From the NCBI GenBank assembly GCA_032718475.1, contig JAUCBJ010002701.1, positions 1-64,000 on the forward strand: a DNA stretch of 64,000 nt. The letters run 5' to 3'. Source of the stretch: Nemertoderma westbladi. Taxonomy: Eukaryota > Animalia > Xenacoelomorpha. Both the position numbers and the translations under genes were made by a program. Under the pieces are notes generated by a model, which was not told where the DNA came from, did no database searches, and was given only the letters and a program-made list of their open reading frames with translations. Positions 63,521 to 64,000 of the stretch are shown piece after piece (position 1 is the stretch's first letter; every line of letters starts with the position of its first letter).

Positions 63521-64000
63521 ATGATTTGGTGGATGCGTCGTCGCTGATTGGGAGTGGGATGATTTGGTGGATGCGTCGTCGCTGATTGGGAGTGGGATGA
63601 TTTGGTGGATGCGTCGTCGCTGATTGGGAGTGGGATGATTTGGTGGATGCGTCGTCGCTGATTGGGAGTGGGATGATTTGGTGGATGCGTCGTCGCTGAT
63701 TGGGAGTGGGATGATTTGGTGGATGCGTCGTCGCTGATTGGGAGTGGGATGATTTGGTGGATGCGTCGTCGCTGATTGGGAGTGGGATGATTTGGTGGAT
63801 GCGTCGTCGCTGATTGGGAGTGGGATGATTTGGTGGATGCGTCGTCGCTGATTGGGAGTGGGATGATTTGGTGGATGCGTCGTCGCTGATTGGGAGTGGG
63901 ATGATTTGGTGGATGCGTCGTCGCTGATTGGGAGTGGGATGATTTGGTGGATGCGTCGTCGCTGATTGGGAGTGGGATGATTTGGTGGATGCGTCGTCGC
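63521..64000. repeat. 38-bp perfect tandem repeat (atgatttggtggatgcgtcgtcgctgattgggagtggg), more than 12 copies, runs off the window
   Basis: Period 38 (63521 to 63559) with identical copies. Confidence 0.97.

Overview
Repeat-rich animal (invertebrate-type) genomic DNA; nothing here is prokaryotic and there is no CRISPR array. The centrepiece is an intact 18.9-kb BEL/Pao LTR retrotransposon on the minus strand (14188-33105). It has 2.2-kb LTRs that are about 99% identical, a GATAT target-site duplication and a 2791-aa Gag-Pol, and it is inserted in a 105-bp satellite. Three things about it are unusual. (1) The env position holds a ~1235-aa ORF with a WRN/MUT-7/EXD-type DEDDy 3'-5' exonuclease domain, three CCHC zinc knuckles and an RG-rich tail. 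(2) There is no tRNA primer-binding site; the 12 nt abutting the 5' LTR are exactly complementary to a 12-mer inside the LTR, which suggests self-priming. (3) Six copies of one stem-loop (CAAACC-YGYG-GGUUUG) are spread through all three reading frames and non-coding regions. The rest of the window holds decayed RTE LINEs, a near-intact RTE-X-like LINE, two tRNA-derived SINEs, a Transib-like element with RSS-like asymmetric ends, an IS3EU-like fragment, several mini/satellites, three exons of a minus-strand single-pass membrane protein gene and the first coding exon of a rhodopsin-class GPCR. All family assignments come from reading motifs by eye; no database search was run.
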